From the NCBI GenBank assembly GCA_016186705.1, contig JACPLB010000003.1, positions 18,508 to 82,507 of the forward strand: a DNA stretch of 64,000 nucleotides, given 5' to 3'. Below the pieces are notes generated by a model. It saw only the letters and a list, made by a program, of their open reading frames with translations. It had not been told where the DNA came from and did not search any database. Of this stretch, positions 9,538 to 18,175 are shown piece by piece. Positions within the stretch are counted from its first letter, which is position 1, and each line of letters starts with the position of its first letter. A program made the position numbers and the translations under genes. The DNA comes from Candidatus Kaiserbacteria bacterium. GTDB taxonomy: Bacteria; Patescibacteriota; Minisyncoccia; Phycocordibacterales; JABMNX01.

Positions 9538-9695
9538 ACAGCTCCCTTGGGTGGCTTTCGGATCCCAGGATTGAAGCCTTGCCTTCTGCACAGGGCGGTT
9601 TCAGTGCTGACGTCCAAAAACCACGGATTATGCGTATAATGATGTACTCTAGCAGAACCGAGGGTTTTCTCAACATATCTCTCTCGTGAAACCAA

Positions 9696-9729
9696 AAATA
9701 CCCCTCCGCCCAGGGCGGAGGGGTATTTT
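9696..9729. terminator. intrinsic terminator hairpin between the NYN gene and pnp
   Basis: aaatacccctccgcc-cag-ggcggaggggtattt. Confidence 0.7.
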
Positions 9730-9746
9730 ACGTGTCTTTAGGTTCT

Positions 9747-10211
9747 TTACGTCCGGGGGAATTTCCACCGCGAGCCGCCGATGAGGTATTTCTCATGGTC
9801 CTCGCAGAGGTCGATAAAATCGTCCGCAATATCGCGCAGGCGCGAGGAAGCAGACTTGCCGAAGGCGATGACCTCCACCTGACTCCCCTCTTTATATTTA
9901 AGATATTCAACGAGCGGCACGAAATCTCCATCGCCGGTCGCGAGGACAACCGCGTCGAGTTTTGACGCCATGGAGATGGCATCAATCGCCATACCGACAT
10001 CCCAATCGGCTTTTTTTGCGCCTCCGTAGAATACCTGGAGGTCTTTCGTCTTCGTTTCAATACCGAGTTTTTCAAGGGCTTCAAAAAAACCCTGTTCCTC
10101 TCCGCTCTCCGTTGTCACGACGTACGCATACAAATTCTTCGCGCTATGGTAGAGATTTTGCGTGTCGATAAAAACTCCGACGCGCTGTTCCTTATGTTTA
10201 ATAACAGCCAT
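9747..10211 (-). CDS. NYN/LabA-DUF88 family PIN-fold protein, apparently with an internal in-frame deletion
   Basis: VFIDTQNL, KADWDVGMAID, ATGDGDFVPL, ADDFIDL. Confidence 0.85.
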   Translation of the reverse strand: MAVIKHKEQRVGVFIDTQNLYHSAKNLYAYVVTTESGEEQGFFEALEKLGIETKTKDLQVFYGGAKKADWDVGMAIDAISMASKLDAVVLATGDGDFVPLVEYLKYKEGSQVEVIAFGKSASSRLRDIADDFIDLCEDHEKYLIGGSRWKFPRT

Positions 10212-10372
10212 AAAAATTATGGTACATAAAACTGATAATAGGGGTCACCCATGTCCATTATAGCTCCTCGGCTCGGAAATACGGAAGCACATAGACGATA
10301 CGGGGCAACAACACTGCTTATGAAACTGTAGAAGTTCTTCGCGGGTACAATAAAAATGCGTACGGAGCGTGC

Positions 10373-10639
10373 TTATCTCTTGAGGTCGAGTTTCTTGAGA
10401 AGCGCGTTGTACGAGCGCTTGTTGTTTCTCTCAAGGTACTTCAGGTGTTTCCTCCGGTCAGCAACCATCTGAAGCAGTCCTCGTCGGGAATGCTTGTCTT
10501 TGACGTTCTTTTTAAGATGCGAAGTCAGGGCGTCAATGCGCTTTGAAAGGAGCGCAACTTGCACTTCGGAAGACCCCGTATCCGTCTCATGCTTTTGGAC
10601 TTCCTTGACTGCTCGTGCCTTTTTCTGTTTCGTCAGCAT
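10373..10639 (-). CDS. rpsO: 30S ribosomal protein S15
   Basis: HETDTGSSEVQVALL, KDKHSRRGLL; start at ATG 10639. Confidence 0.97.
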   Translation of the reverse strand: MLTKQKKARAVKEVQKHETDTGSSEVQVALLSKRIDALTSHLKKNVKDKHSRRGLLQMVADRRKHLKYLERNNKRSYNALLKKLDLKR

Positions 10640-10785
10640 GCGCTTAGGATAGCACAAATAAGCCCTCTTTGCAAGCCTTTTTAAGATTACCATGTATGCC
10701 AAAGATATGCCGTAGTACGCCTCCGTATTTCTGCACCTGGAAATTTATTGTGCGACACTCGTGCTATACTGTACTTTAAAGAGAT

Positions 10786-11691
10786 ATGTCAGAAAATTTG
10801 AGAACGCTCAAACAGGAATTTTTGGAATACATCGAGATTGAAAAAGGTCGGGCACTCAAAACCGTTGAGAATTACAACCGGTATCTTGTCCGTTTCCTTT
10901 CATTTTCAAAAGCAGTCTCCGTCCGTGATATTACCGAGGAGGACATTCGCAGATTCCGGCTTGAACTCAATCGGGCGCATCTCAACCGCCGCACGCAAAA
11001 TTACTATCTCATTGCGCTCCGCCAATTCCTGAAGTATTTGGTAAAACGAAAGTATGAAGTTGTGTCCCCCGATACGATTGAGCTTGCGAAAGAGATCCAG
11101 CGTGACATCAGTCTCATCTCCCCTATTGAACTTGGGCGGCTCCTCGATGCGCCCGACGGGGCGGATGTAAAATCGCTCCGCGACAGAGCGATGCTTGAAA
11201 TGCTTTTTTCCACCGGTCTTCGGGTCTCCGAACTCTGCAGTCTCTCTCGGTACCTCGACTGGTCTCGTGATGAAATTTCAGTACGCGGAAAAGGCGGAAA
11301 AATCCGTCCGGTATTCATCTCTCCCGGAGCAAAGCGTGCGATACAGGCATATCTTAAGAAACGTACCGATACCGACGACGCGCTCTTTGTATATTTCGGA
11401 CACGGCGCGAAACGCGCGAAAGGCGATGACGGGTCTGTGCGTCTTTCACCGCGCAGTGTTGAACGTATTGTGAAACGCTACGCGGTAAAGGCGGGTATTG
11501 ATACGCGCGTGACGCCGCACACGCTCCGCCACTCGTTCGCGACTGACCTTCTTCAAAACGGCGCTGACCTGCGGAGCGTCCAGGCGCTTCTCGGGCACGC
11601 GAATATCGCGACAACGCAGGTCTATACGCACGTTACCGACAAGCACCTCAAAGACATACACAAGGCGTTTCACGGTAAAGGGAGAAAATAA
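10786..11691 (+). CDS. xerC: XerC/XerD-family tyrosine recombinase
   Basis: N-terminal SAM-like domain; catalytic R (TGLRVSEL), K (GKGGK), HTLRH, LLGH and TTQVY. Confidence 0.85.
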   Translation: MSENLRTLKQEFLEYIEIEKGRALKTVENYNRYLVRFLSFSKAVSVRDITEEDIRRFRLELNRAHLNRRTQNYYLIALRQFLKYLVKRKYEVVSPDTIELAKEIQRDISLISPIELGRLLDAPDGADVKSLRDRAMLEMLFSTGLRVSELCSLSRYLDWSRDEISVRGKGGKIRPVFISPGAKRAIQAYLKKRTDTDDALFVYFGHGAKRAKGDDGSVRLSPRSVERIVKRYAVKAGIDTRVTPHTLRHSFATDLLQNGADLRSVQALLGHANIATTQVYTHVTDKHLKDIHKAFHGKGRK

Positions 11692-11716
11692 AAAAGAGGT
11701 CGTGAGGGAAACTCTC

Positions 11717-12553
11717 TTATTTAATAAGTCCTCGAACAAACTCATTCTGGTCAAAAGGTTTTCCTGCCTCATACAAAAATGTGTACAAACTCTTGAGAAA
11801 GGAGGCGACATTCTCGTCTTCTATGGTCAAAATCATATTTTCCGTCCAGTTATTCATCACCGCCATGTTTTTAAAGATAAAGAACTCCATGTTTCCCTTG
11901 AGCCACTCTTTTGGCACGAGCCGAATCGCCTGCATACGCTCTCCGAACGCTTTTGGCCAATCAGGGTCTTTCTCGGCAAACTTACGATATACATCTTTAA
12001 TATCTTCAGTCAAAACCCCCTCAAGAATGACGCCGCTTTTCTTTATTCCCTCATTTACTTTTTTGGTTATTTCCCCGGGCACTTTCTCAAACCACGAGAG
12101 TGCGGCACTCGCGGTCTGTATCGCATAAATACGTCCGGTGTCCTTACGTGCCATAGAGTTCAGGTATACCTTAACGACATTCCCTACTCCCCGATAAATT
12201 TTCACTTCACTTTTCTCTGAAATTCGAACACCAAAGAGATCTCGCATGTCCCTTTTGCTTTTCTCAACACTGCTTAAAACGCCAAGTGATTCTGCGGCTT
12301 CTTTTAATTCTTGCTCAAATTGGGTTGGTTTTGTGAGACGCCACACGCTTGCGTATCCTTTTGAGACTCGCCGCACCATTTTGCGGTCATGAAGTCGCTT
12401 GAGTACATCGTCAACGGTTGAGCGCGGGAAATTCACTACACGGCTAAGCGCGCTTACCGATAACGCACCCCTCTCCTTAAGCGCGTGAACTGTTTTTGCT
12501 TCAGCGTCGGTAAAATCAAAAATATCCCACCCATCCTTCATTTGATTTTTCAT
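11717..12553 (-). CDS. TrmB-family transcriptional regulator, second paralogue
   Basis: FTDAEAKTV, FPRSTVDDVLKRL wHTH, VKIYRG linker, PLD-like C-terminal domain; TATAAT 6 nt before ATG. Confidence 0.82.
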   Translation of the reverse strand: MKNQMKDGWDIFDFTDAEAKTVHALKERGALSVSALSRVVNFPRSTVDDVLKRLHDRKMVRRVSKGYASVWRLTKPTQFEQELKEAAESLGVLSSVEKSKRDMRDLFGVRISEKSEVKIYRGVGNVVKVYLNSMARKDTGRIYAIQTASAALSWFEKVPGEITKKVNEGIKKSGVILEGVLTEDIKDVYRKFAEKDPDWPKAFGERMQAIRLVPKEWLKGNMEFFIFKNMAVMNNWTENMILTIEDENVASFLKSLYTFLYEAGKPFDQNEFVRGLIK

Positions 12554-12583
12554 AGGTTCATTATAGCATAGGTTCTCCCATAG

Positions 12584-12602
12584 TTAACGAAATTTTCGTT
12601 AA
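12584..12602. promoter_or_regulatory. palindromic operator candidate of TrmB gene 2
   Basis: TTAACGAAATTTTCGTTAA, overlapping the expected -35 position. Confidence 0.65.
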
Positions 12603-12765
12603 AGTGTATAGTGATAAAATGGCTCTGTTTTGTCATATCTTCGTATTTTAATCGGTAGAAAATGTATTTGTTGAAAACTATTGACATTTTGTTATAAAAT
12701 ATGTGCAGTAAAGTTCATCGAAATTGCGCTTTGGCACACCAACTATGCCTTAGGAGGGCATCACC

Positions 12766-13407
12766 ATGAGAATCTTAGTAATTGAGGACACGCAGAAGCA
12801 TCTAAATGATGCCAAGAAGTATGTCAAAGGTCTGGTTGGTTGCATGGTGGATTTCGCCACTACGCTGTGCGAGGCAGAGGAACTGCTGATGCAGAATCAA
12901 TACGACGGAGTCATCTCCGACGTATTCTTCCCTGCAAAGGCCGGCACATCGGCGGAGACATTCATGAACGCTATCGCAATCAACAGTTTATTGATTGCAA
13001 TGGGCGTCCACCACGTCTTCAATACGGCGGGCAACCATCACGGTAGGAAGTATAAGGGGTTTATCTGGAAAACGCCTCACAACCCACTCACCGAGTCCGA
13101 AGAGGATCATCGGTCGGGAGAATATGGTCGGAGACCCTGCTATGACTTCCGTACCACAGGTATGATCATCGAGGCGTACCCCAATGACTCCGACGGCGAG
13201 AAGGATGCGAAGCAATGGCAGGCTGCCTTCCGGTATATCCTCCTCGCACAGACGCTTCTCGGACTCCCCGACAAGGGAGAGGGCGTCGTCAAGGATGCGA
13301 AAGAGCTGCGTGGCTTCCCATATGGGGAGTACGGCGGTCTCACTAAGTCCTTCGCGGAGTGTTCCCACCCCTTCGTCGTCGAGACCTTCCAGAAGTTCAA
13401 CGCGTAG
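12766..13407 (+). CDS. orphan protein with an N-terminal receiver-like region
   Basis: MRILVIED and YDGVISDVFFP match the acidic pocket and phospho-Asp pattern; GGAGG RBS; C-terminal half unrecognised. Confidence 0.7.
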   Translation: MRILVIEDTQKHLNDAKKYVKGLVGCMVDFATTLCEAEELLMQNQYDGVISDVFFPAKAGTSAETFMNAIAINSLLIAMGVHHVFNTAGNHHGRKYKGFIWKTPHNPLTESEEDHRSGEYGRRPCYDFRTTGMIIEAYPNDSDGEKDAKQWQAAFRYILLAQTLLGLPDKGEGVVKDAKELRGFPYGEYGGLTKSFAECSHPFVVETFQKFNA

Positions 13408-13571
13408 CTGGCTGATATCCAATCTTAAACCAAACTTGGGAGAAGTAGCACTTCTCCCCTCCATTGAGACCATAATTTTTTGAAATTGTGTTCTCATCGA
13501 GAAAAGTTCTTTGGAAAACGTGACATTTTGTTACGCCCGCACCTCGGGGATTCGGGGGTGGAGGAAATCCT

Positions 13572-13853
13572 ATGACATCTTCACATATGGTTGAGCTTGT
13601 GCGTATTCCAGAGCCTATGTCTCATCCGGTGGCCGAAGAGCGCCTCCAGCAGATGGGATATCGCCCCGCAACCCCTGAAGAGTTCGAGGTCTTCAAGCGA
13701 GAGGCTAGCGACGACATCGCCAAGCAATACTCGCTGGGTCTCGAGCCCGACTGGTTCTGGGTTCACATTATAGATCCCACAGAACGATCGAAGGATCCCA
13801 CGGAGCGGGAACGCTTTGGGGCGGCGGGTGCCTACGCTGCTGTGAGAATCTAG
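13572..13853 (+). CDS. hypothetical protein
   Basis: GGAGG RBS; 93 aa; GYRPATPEE motif; structured region and terminator downstream. Confidence 0.65.
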   Translation: MTSSHMVELVRIPEPMSHPVAEERLQQMGYRPATPEEFEVFKREASDDIAKQYSLGLEPDWFWVHIIDPTERSKDPTERERFGAAGAYAAVRI

Positions 13854-14048
13854 ACTTTGCTGAACATCAGGCGGAGCCGGCTGATATCCGGCTTAGCAAC
13901 AGAAGTCTCTCAAGCCAAACGGCAGATGAGACAAAACTATCACCGCGGTGCATACGCGGAATACAAATCCTAAGCCACCGTCAGCCTTGAGCTGGCGGTT
14001 TTCTTTTTCCTGCTTCTCCCGTTTTGAAAAACCGACTACAATAACTGT

Positions 14049-14852
14049 ATGAAACTCTTCTCGTGGAACGTGAACGGCATACGCGCGGTCAATAAAAAAA
14101 ACCTTTTTGTGCCGTTTATCAAAAAATTTAATCCGGATATCGTATGCCTTCAGGAAACGAAGGCACAAAGGGGCGATGCGGAGATTGATTTACCGGAGTA
14201 TGAAGAGTACTGGAACTCGGCAGAACGCAAGGGATACTCCGGCGTGGCGATTTTTACGAAAAAAAAGCCAATGTCGGTTTTCAACAACTTCCCTGTAGAC
14301 ATCGCGGCAAAATATAATATTGCCGGAGACGGATATGGCAACCCGAACGCCGAGGGGCGTGTCATTGCGCTTGAGTTCAGGGACTTTTTTGTGTTGAGCG
14401 TCTACACGCCGAACTCAAAGGGAGATTTAAGCCGGCTTTCACTGCGACATAGACACTGGGACCCGGCGTTTCTTGAATACGTAAAACAACTCGAGAAGAA
14501 AAAACCGGTAATATTTTGCGGGGACATGAATGTGGCACACACAGAGCAGGACCTCGCTCATCCAAAAGCAAACGAAGGGGAACACGGCTTCACCAAGGAA
14601 GAGCGCGAAGGGATAGACAATATCATCAAGGCGGGATTTGTGGATACCTTTCGCTATTTCACTCCTAAGGGAAACGGTTACTACACGTGGTGGACGCATT
14701 GGCAGAGGGCGCGAGAGCGGAATGTCGGCTGGCGGATTGACTATTTCTTCATGAGCAAAAAACTTGTCAAAAAACTTACAAAAGCGTCTATACATCCTGA
14801 TGTTATGGGCTCCGACCACTGCCCTGTGAGCATTGAGCTCGATTATTCATAA
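14049..14852 (+). CDS. xth: exodeoxyribonuclease III (AP endonuclease)
   Basis: SWNVNGIRA, CLQETK, GYSGVA, GDMNVAH, GWRIDY, SDHCPV. Confidence 0.96.
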   Translation: MKLFSWNVNGIRAVNKKNLFVPFIKKFNPDIVCLQETKAQRGDAEIDLPEYEEYWNSAERKGYSGVAIFTKKKPMSVFNNFPVDIAAKYNIAGDGYGNPNAEGRVIALEFRDFFVLSVYTPNSKGDLSRLSLRHRHWDPAFLEYVKQLEKKKPVIFCGDMNVAHTEQDLAHPKANEGEHGFTKEEREGIDNIIKAGFVDTFRYFTPKGNGYYTWWTHWQRARERNVGWRIDYFFMSKKLVKKLTKASIHPDVMGSDHCPVSIELDYS

Positions 14853-14914
14853 AGGACATTTTGTATCGCTAGTTCGAAGGCTTATCCACAGTAGTGTCCT
14901 TTACATGTCCTTTA
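14850..14914. promoter_or_regulatory. DnaA box flanked by three TAAAGGACA motifs
   Basis: TTATCCACA at 14882-14890; TAAAGGACA at 14850; TGTCCTTTA at 14895 and 14906. Confidence 0.55.
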
Positions 14915-15256
14915 GAGAGAGTACGCTCAAGGGAGGCAGGTCTTTTTAGTTCTTTCAAAAAGAGCTTGCTCTGTGAACCCGATCTAGTAACAAGATTGCT
15001 CAAGCAGTACGTATATCTACAATCACGCAACATTTTTGTTTTCAAAGGTATTACGTTACTTCGGTGGTTCTTGAAGCCAGATAGTGTTTACGCCACAAGT
15101 CGCTTTAACGCGCGTTTCGGTTTTTGCCCAACTCCTCCCGTACCCGCAATAAAGCGGCTTTGTTTTACATACCAAAACTTGACAAAATTGAGTTTATAAT
15201 GTATATTGTATACTAGTCTCGAATTGCAACCGCTTACAATAGCAAATGGAGGTTCG

Positions 15257-15673
15257 ATGTCCCAAAGAAAAGACTTATCAGCTGCCGTTACGGTGGCTGT
15301 CATGAATTTTGAAAAGACCCTCCTCGTTCGTGATCTAAAACATGCTAATCCGCAATGGAAGTTCCCCGGTGGAGGAAAGGAACCAGGAGAGACTCCTGAA
15401 GAAGCGGCTGTTCGCGAACTTCATGAAGAAGCCGGAGTTAAAATCTCCGTTGACGAACTTGTGCTTCTTGATAAAGAAATGCGCAAGAAGCCATCTCGTC
15501 ATCGCCACTTTTTCTTCGGTGTTGACATTGGTGAGGATTCTTTTCTCTCTCGCGGACTCAAAAAATTCGGTGAGACGGGTGAGGAAACAAAAGTCGTCCC
15601 TCTTGATGCCACTCCCGAAACCATAGAGCTTGAGCAACAGCTTCGACTGCTCAAAAAACTGCGCGCCGTTTGA
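15257..15673 (+). CDS. NUDIX hydrolase
   Basis: Nudix box GGGKEPGETPEEAAVRELHEEAG; TTGACA(15179)-N17-TATATT; GGAGG before ATG 15257. Confidence 0.9.
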   Translation: MSQRKDLSAAVTVAVMNFEKTLLVRDLKHANPQWKFPGGGKEPGETPEEAAVRELHEEAGVKISVDELVLLDKEMRKKPSRHRHFFFGVDIGEDSFLSRGLKKFGETGEETKVVPLDATPETIELEQQLRLLKKLRAV

Positions 15674-15711
15674 AAAAGCCGGCGCGCCTCTTGTTTTATA
15701 CCGCACGCCCG

Positions 15712-17187
15712 TCACGTCACCCAGTATTTTTTTCGAATATCGGAGACCGCTTCCTCTTCGAGCTCTTCTTGCCGGCGTTTTCCCTCTTCCCCGTGCGTCT
15801 TAAGGGACTCTTCCGGGAGTTCGCTTAATTCAATCGCTCGTTTTTCTAGATACTCAACGGTATTCCGCTTCGGGTCATCAAGCACCTCTTCAAGGAGCGC
15901 GTGAAGTATGTAACCGATGCGAGGTCCGGGCTTTTCTTTCGTAATTTCCATGACACGCTCACCGTCAATTTTAAGCATCGTGACCGAAATCGGGTCGCGG
16001 AGCGCTTCCTCCACCATTGATTTGTACTTCCGGAAACGAAATGGCTGGGCTTTTGGACGGCCGGAGCCAATGCGGTCACAAATGCGCAAGTTGAGGAGGT
16101 CCCAGATGTTCTCTTCTCCCACGTTTCGTATGACGCGGCGCACTGCGGAGAGCGTTACCTTGTCAGGGTCGGAAAAGAACATGTGCCAGCGCACAAGCTT
16201 CACCACTTTCTCAATTGTTTTTTTTGGAAATTTCATATTCTCAAGCGCCCGTTTGGCGACGCGTGCGCCGACGACTTCGTGCCCGTAAAACGTCCAATCT
16301 TCCTTGTCTTTTGACCATCGCCGCGTTTCTGGTTTTGAAATATCGTGGTACAGCCCCGCAATCCTGATGTCAAAATCCCACTTCATGTCCGCGCCGTGCT
16401 GCATCGTACGCAGAAGATGCTCGAATACGTCATATTTGTGTGCCTGATTCTGCTCGACACCAATTCCCCGTTCCAAATCGTGCGCGACGTACGGAAGAAG
16501 CTTCAGTTTCTCGGCAATTATAATCGCGTGCATCGGGTTGTCTGAATTAAGAATGCGCGCAAATTCGTCTCGCACGCGTTCTTTCGCGATTTTCTCCAAC
16601 TGCGAAGCCGAACGAGCGATTGCATCGGCGGTTTTCGGTTCAATTGTGAAATTGAGCTCTGCGGATATGCGGATTGCTCTTAGCATGCGAAGCGCGTCCT
16701 CTTCAAAACGTTCATACGGGTCTCCGACCGCCACAATACTCCCCCGCCTGAGGTCATCCTGCCCGCCATAAAGGTCTGTGAGTTCTCCTTTCGAGATATT
16801 GTACGCGATTGCGTTAATGGTGAAATCGCGGCGCTTCAAATCATCCTCAAGTTTTTCTGAAAAACGCACGGAATCCGGTCGGCGCGCGTCGGAATATGCC
16901 GCCTCAAGCCGGTACGGCGTTACTTCAACGACCTTGAGCGAATCGTTGTCGGTTTCGTTCACCACACCGACCGTGCCATAATCGTTTTCATAGAACGTTT
17001 CTTTAAAAAGATTCTGTATTTCTTCCGGAGTGGCGTTTGTGGTAAAGTCCCAATCTTTCGGTGTACGGTTGAGCAAAAGGTCTCGCACGCATCCTCCAAT
17101 AAGATATGCCTCAAAGCCCCCTTTTTCCAAAGTTTCAGCGACCGAACGAATCTCGCTCGGTATTTTTGACGCCGGAATTGTTGACAT
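15712..17187 (-). CDS. cca: CCA-adding tRNA nucleotidyltransferase with HD domain
   Basis: GGCVRD, DWDFTT, RRDFTINA, EDALRMLRA, HDISKP; the tRNA genes here lack encoded CCA. Confidence 0.92.
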   Translation of the reverse strand: MSTIPASKIPSEIRSVAETLEKGGFEAYLIGGCVRDLLLNRTPKDWDFTTNATPEEIQNLFKETFYENDYGTVGVVNETDNDSLKVVEVTPYRLEAAYSDARRPDSVRFSEKLEDDLKRRDFTINAIAYNISKGELTDLYGGQDDLRRGSIVAVGDPYERFEEDALRMLRAIRISAELNFTIEPKTADAIARSASQLEKIAKERVRDEFARILNSDNPMHAIIIAEKLKLLPYVAHDLERGIGVEQNQAHKYDVFEHLLRTMQHGADMKWDFDIRIAGLYHDISKPETRRWSKDKEDWTFYGHEVVGARVAKRALENMKFPKKTIEKVVKLVRWHMFFSDPDKVTLSAVRRVIRNVGEENIWDLLNLRICDRIGSGRPKAQPFRFRKYKSMVEEALRDPISVTMLKIDGERVMEITKEKPGPRIGYILHALLEEVLDDPKRNTVEYLEKRAIELSELPEESLKTHGEEGKRRQEELEEEAVSDIRKKYWVT

Positions 17188-17249
17188 ACCTACACTTTAT
17201 TACATATTTTACGCGTGTGCGAATCTGACGTATACTTTTCATACTCACT

Positions 17250-17321
17250 GCGCCCGTGGTGAAATGGATATCACAGCTGGCTTCGGACCAGCCGTTCCGG
17301 GTTCGAATCCTGGCGGGCGCA
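17250..17321 (+). tRNA. tRNA-Arg(TCG)
   Basis: Acceptor GCGCCCG/CGGGCGC, anticodon arm gctgg-CTTCGGA-ccagc, T loop GTTCGAATC. Confidence 0.95.
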
Positions 17322-17337
17322 CAACATACCAGAGAAT

Positions 17338-17409
17338 GCTCCCATAGTTTAATGGACAAAATGCAAGCTTCCGGAGCTTGCGATCGAGGTTCGATTCCTC
17401 GTGGGAGCA
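17338..17409 (+). tRNA. tRNA-Arg(CCG)
   Basis: Acceptor GCTCCCA/TGGGAGC, anticodon arm caagc-TTCCGGA-gcttg, GTTCGATTC. Confidence 0.95.
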
Positions 17410-17501
17410 CAGAATGTAAAGGAGTCTAGCGTAAGAGTACAGGCAAAACCAATAGGCAATTGAGAGAGGTTTCCGGTTGTAGTACAATAGGATTTCACGA
17501 T

Positions 17502-17572
17502 GCGGGTATGGTTTAGTGGTAGAATACGTCCTTGCCAAGGACGAGTCGGGAGTTCGATTCTCCCTACCCGCA
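17502..17572 (+). tRNA. tRNA-Gly(GCC)
   Basis: Acceptor GCGGGTA/TACCCGC, anticodon arm cgtcc-TTGCCAA-ggacg. Confidence 0.95.
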
Positions 17573-17730
17573 CAAAACTAACCAAGGGAATGGAGGGTGT
17601 CATTGTGGGGATAATGTTGTGAATAGTGTGGATTAAAAGGACATGTATACATTGATGTCTTTTATAAAATACGGCTTAAATAATGGATATTTAAAGGACA
17701 TTCACACTAATGAAATTAAGTACGATAAAA

Positions 17731-17989
17731 TGTTTCACGTGAAACACTATTATGAGTACAAATATGTTTCATGAGAAACACTAATAAGAAATCCAATCAA
17801 GAAGTTGGTCGAGTTGGGGAAGAAACAGCCTGTAAGTTTCTCGTGAAACAGGGCTTTTCAGTTATTGGGCGGAATTTTTGGAAAAAATGGGGTGAGATTG
17901 ACATTATTGCTCAAAACGGAGACAAACTGCATTTTGTTGAGGTTAAAACTGTTTCACGTGAAAACATACGTGACATTTCACGTGAAACA
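17731..17989. promoter_or_regulatory. cluster of five parS-like (ParB-binding) sites
   Basis: Exact consensus TGTTTCACGTGAAACA at 17731-17746; two-mismatch variants at 17765, 17835, 17950 and 17974. Confidence 0.85.
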
Positions 17990-18175
17990 TTAGATGAGTA
18001 TAGACCGGAAGAGAATGTCCATCCAAAGAAGCTTGAACGGCTCTCTCGGACCATACAAACATACCTGCTTGAGAAGGATTATGAGGGTGAGTGGCAATTT
18101 GATGTCATCGCGGTGTTTTTAGACATAGAGAGAAGAGAGGCAAAATGCCGCTACATTGAAAATGTTGTCCTTTAG
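17771..18175 (+). CDS. yraN: YraN family nuclease
   Basis: GRVGEETAC, GEIDIIA, FVEVKT, FDVIAV. Confidence 0.92.
   Translation: MRNTNKKSNQEVGRVGEETACKFLVKQGFSVIGRNFWKKWGEIDIIAQNGDKLHFVEVKTVSRENIRDISRETLDEYRPEENVHPKKLERLSRTIQTYLLEKDYEGEWQFDVIAVFLDIERREAKCRYIENVVL

Noticed and set aside
9551-9624. SRP (4.5S) RNA
   Set aside because: The hairpin lacks the conserved CAGG, GNRA tetraloop and AGCAG domain IV motif.
10786-11691. Integron integrase or prophage integrase
   Set aside because: Size and motifs fit a housekeeping Xer; no IntI-specific insertion, attC sites, phage genes or flanking att duplication were seen.
13854-14010. Hammerhead ribozyme
   Set aside because: CTGA segments are present, but there is no CUGAnGA plus GAAA core with the required three stems.
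11692-14048. Target duplication around the second TrmB module
   Set aside because: I found no direct repeat at its borders, unlike the comM case.
14894-15199. 101-aa ORF between xth and the NUDIX gene
   Set aside because: No RBS or recognisable domain; overlaps regulatory motifs and the NUDIX promoter.
17030-17603. ORFs overlapping the tRNA cluster
   Set aside because: Translations of tRNA genes.
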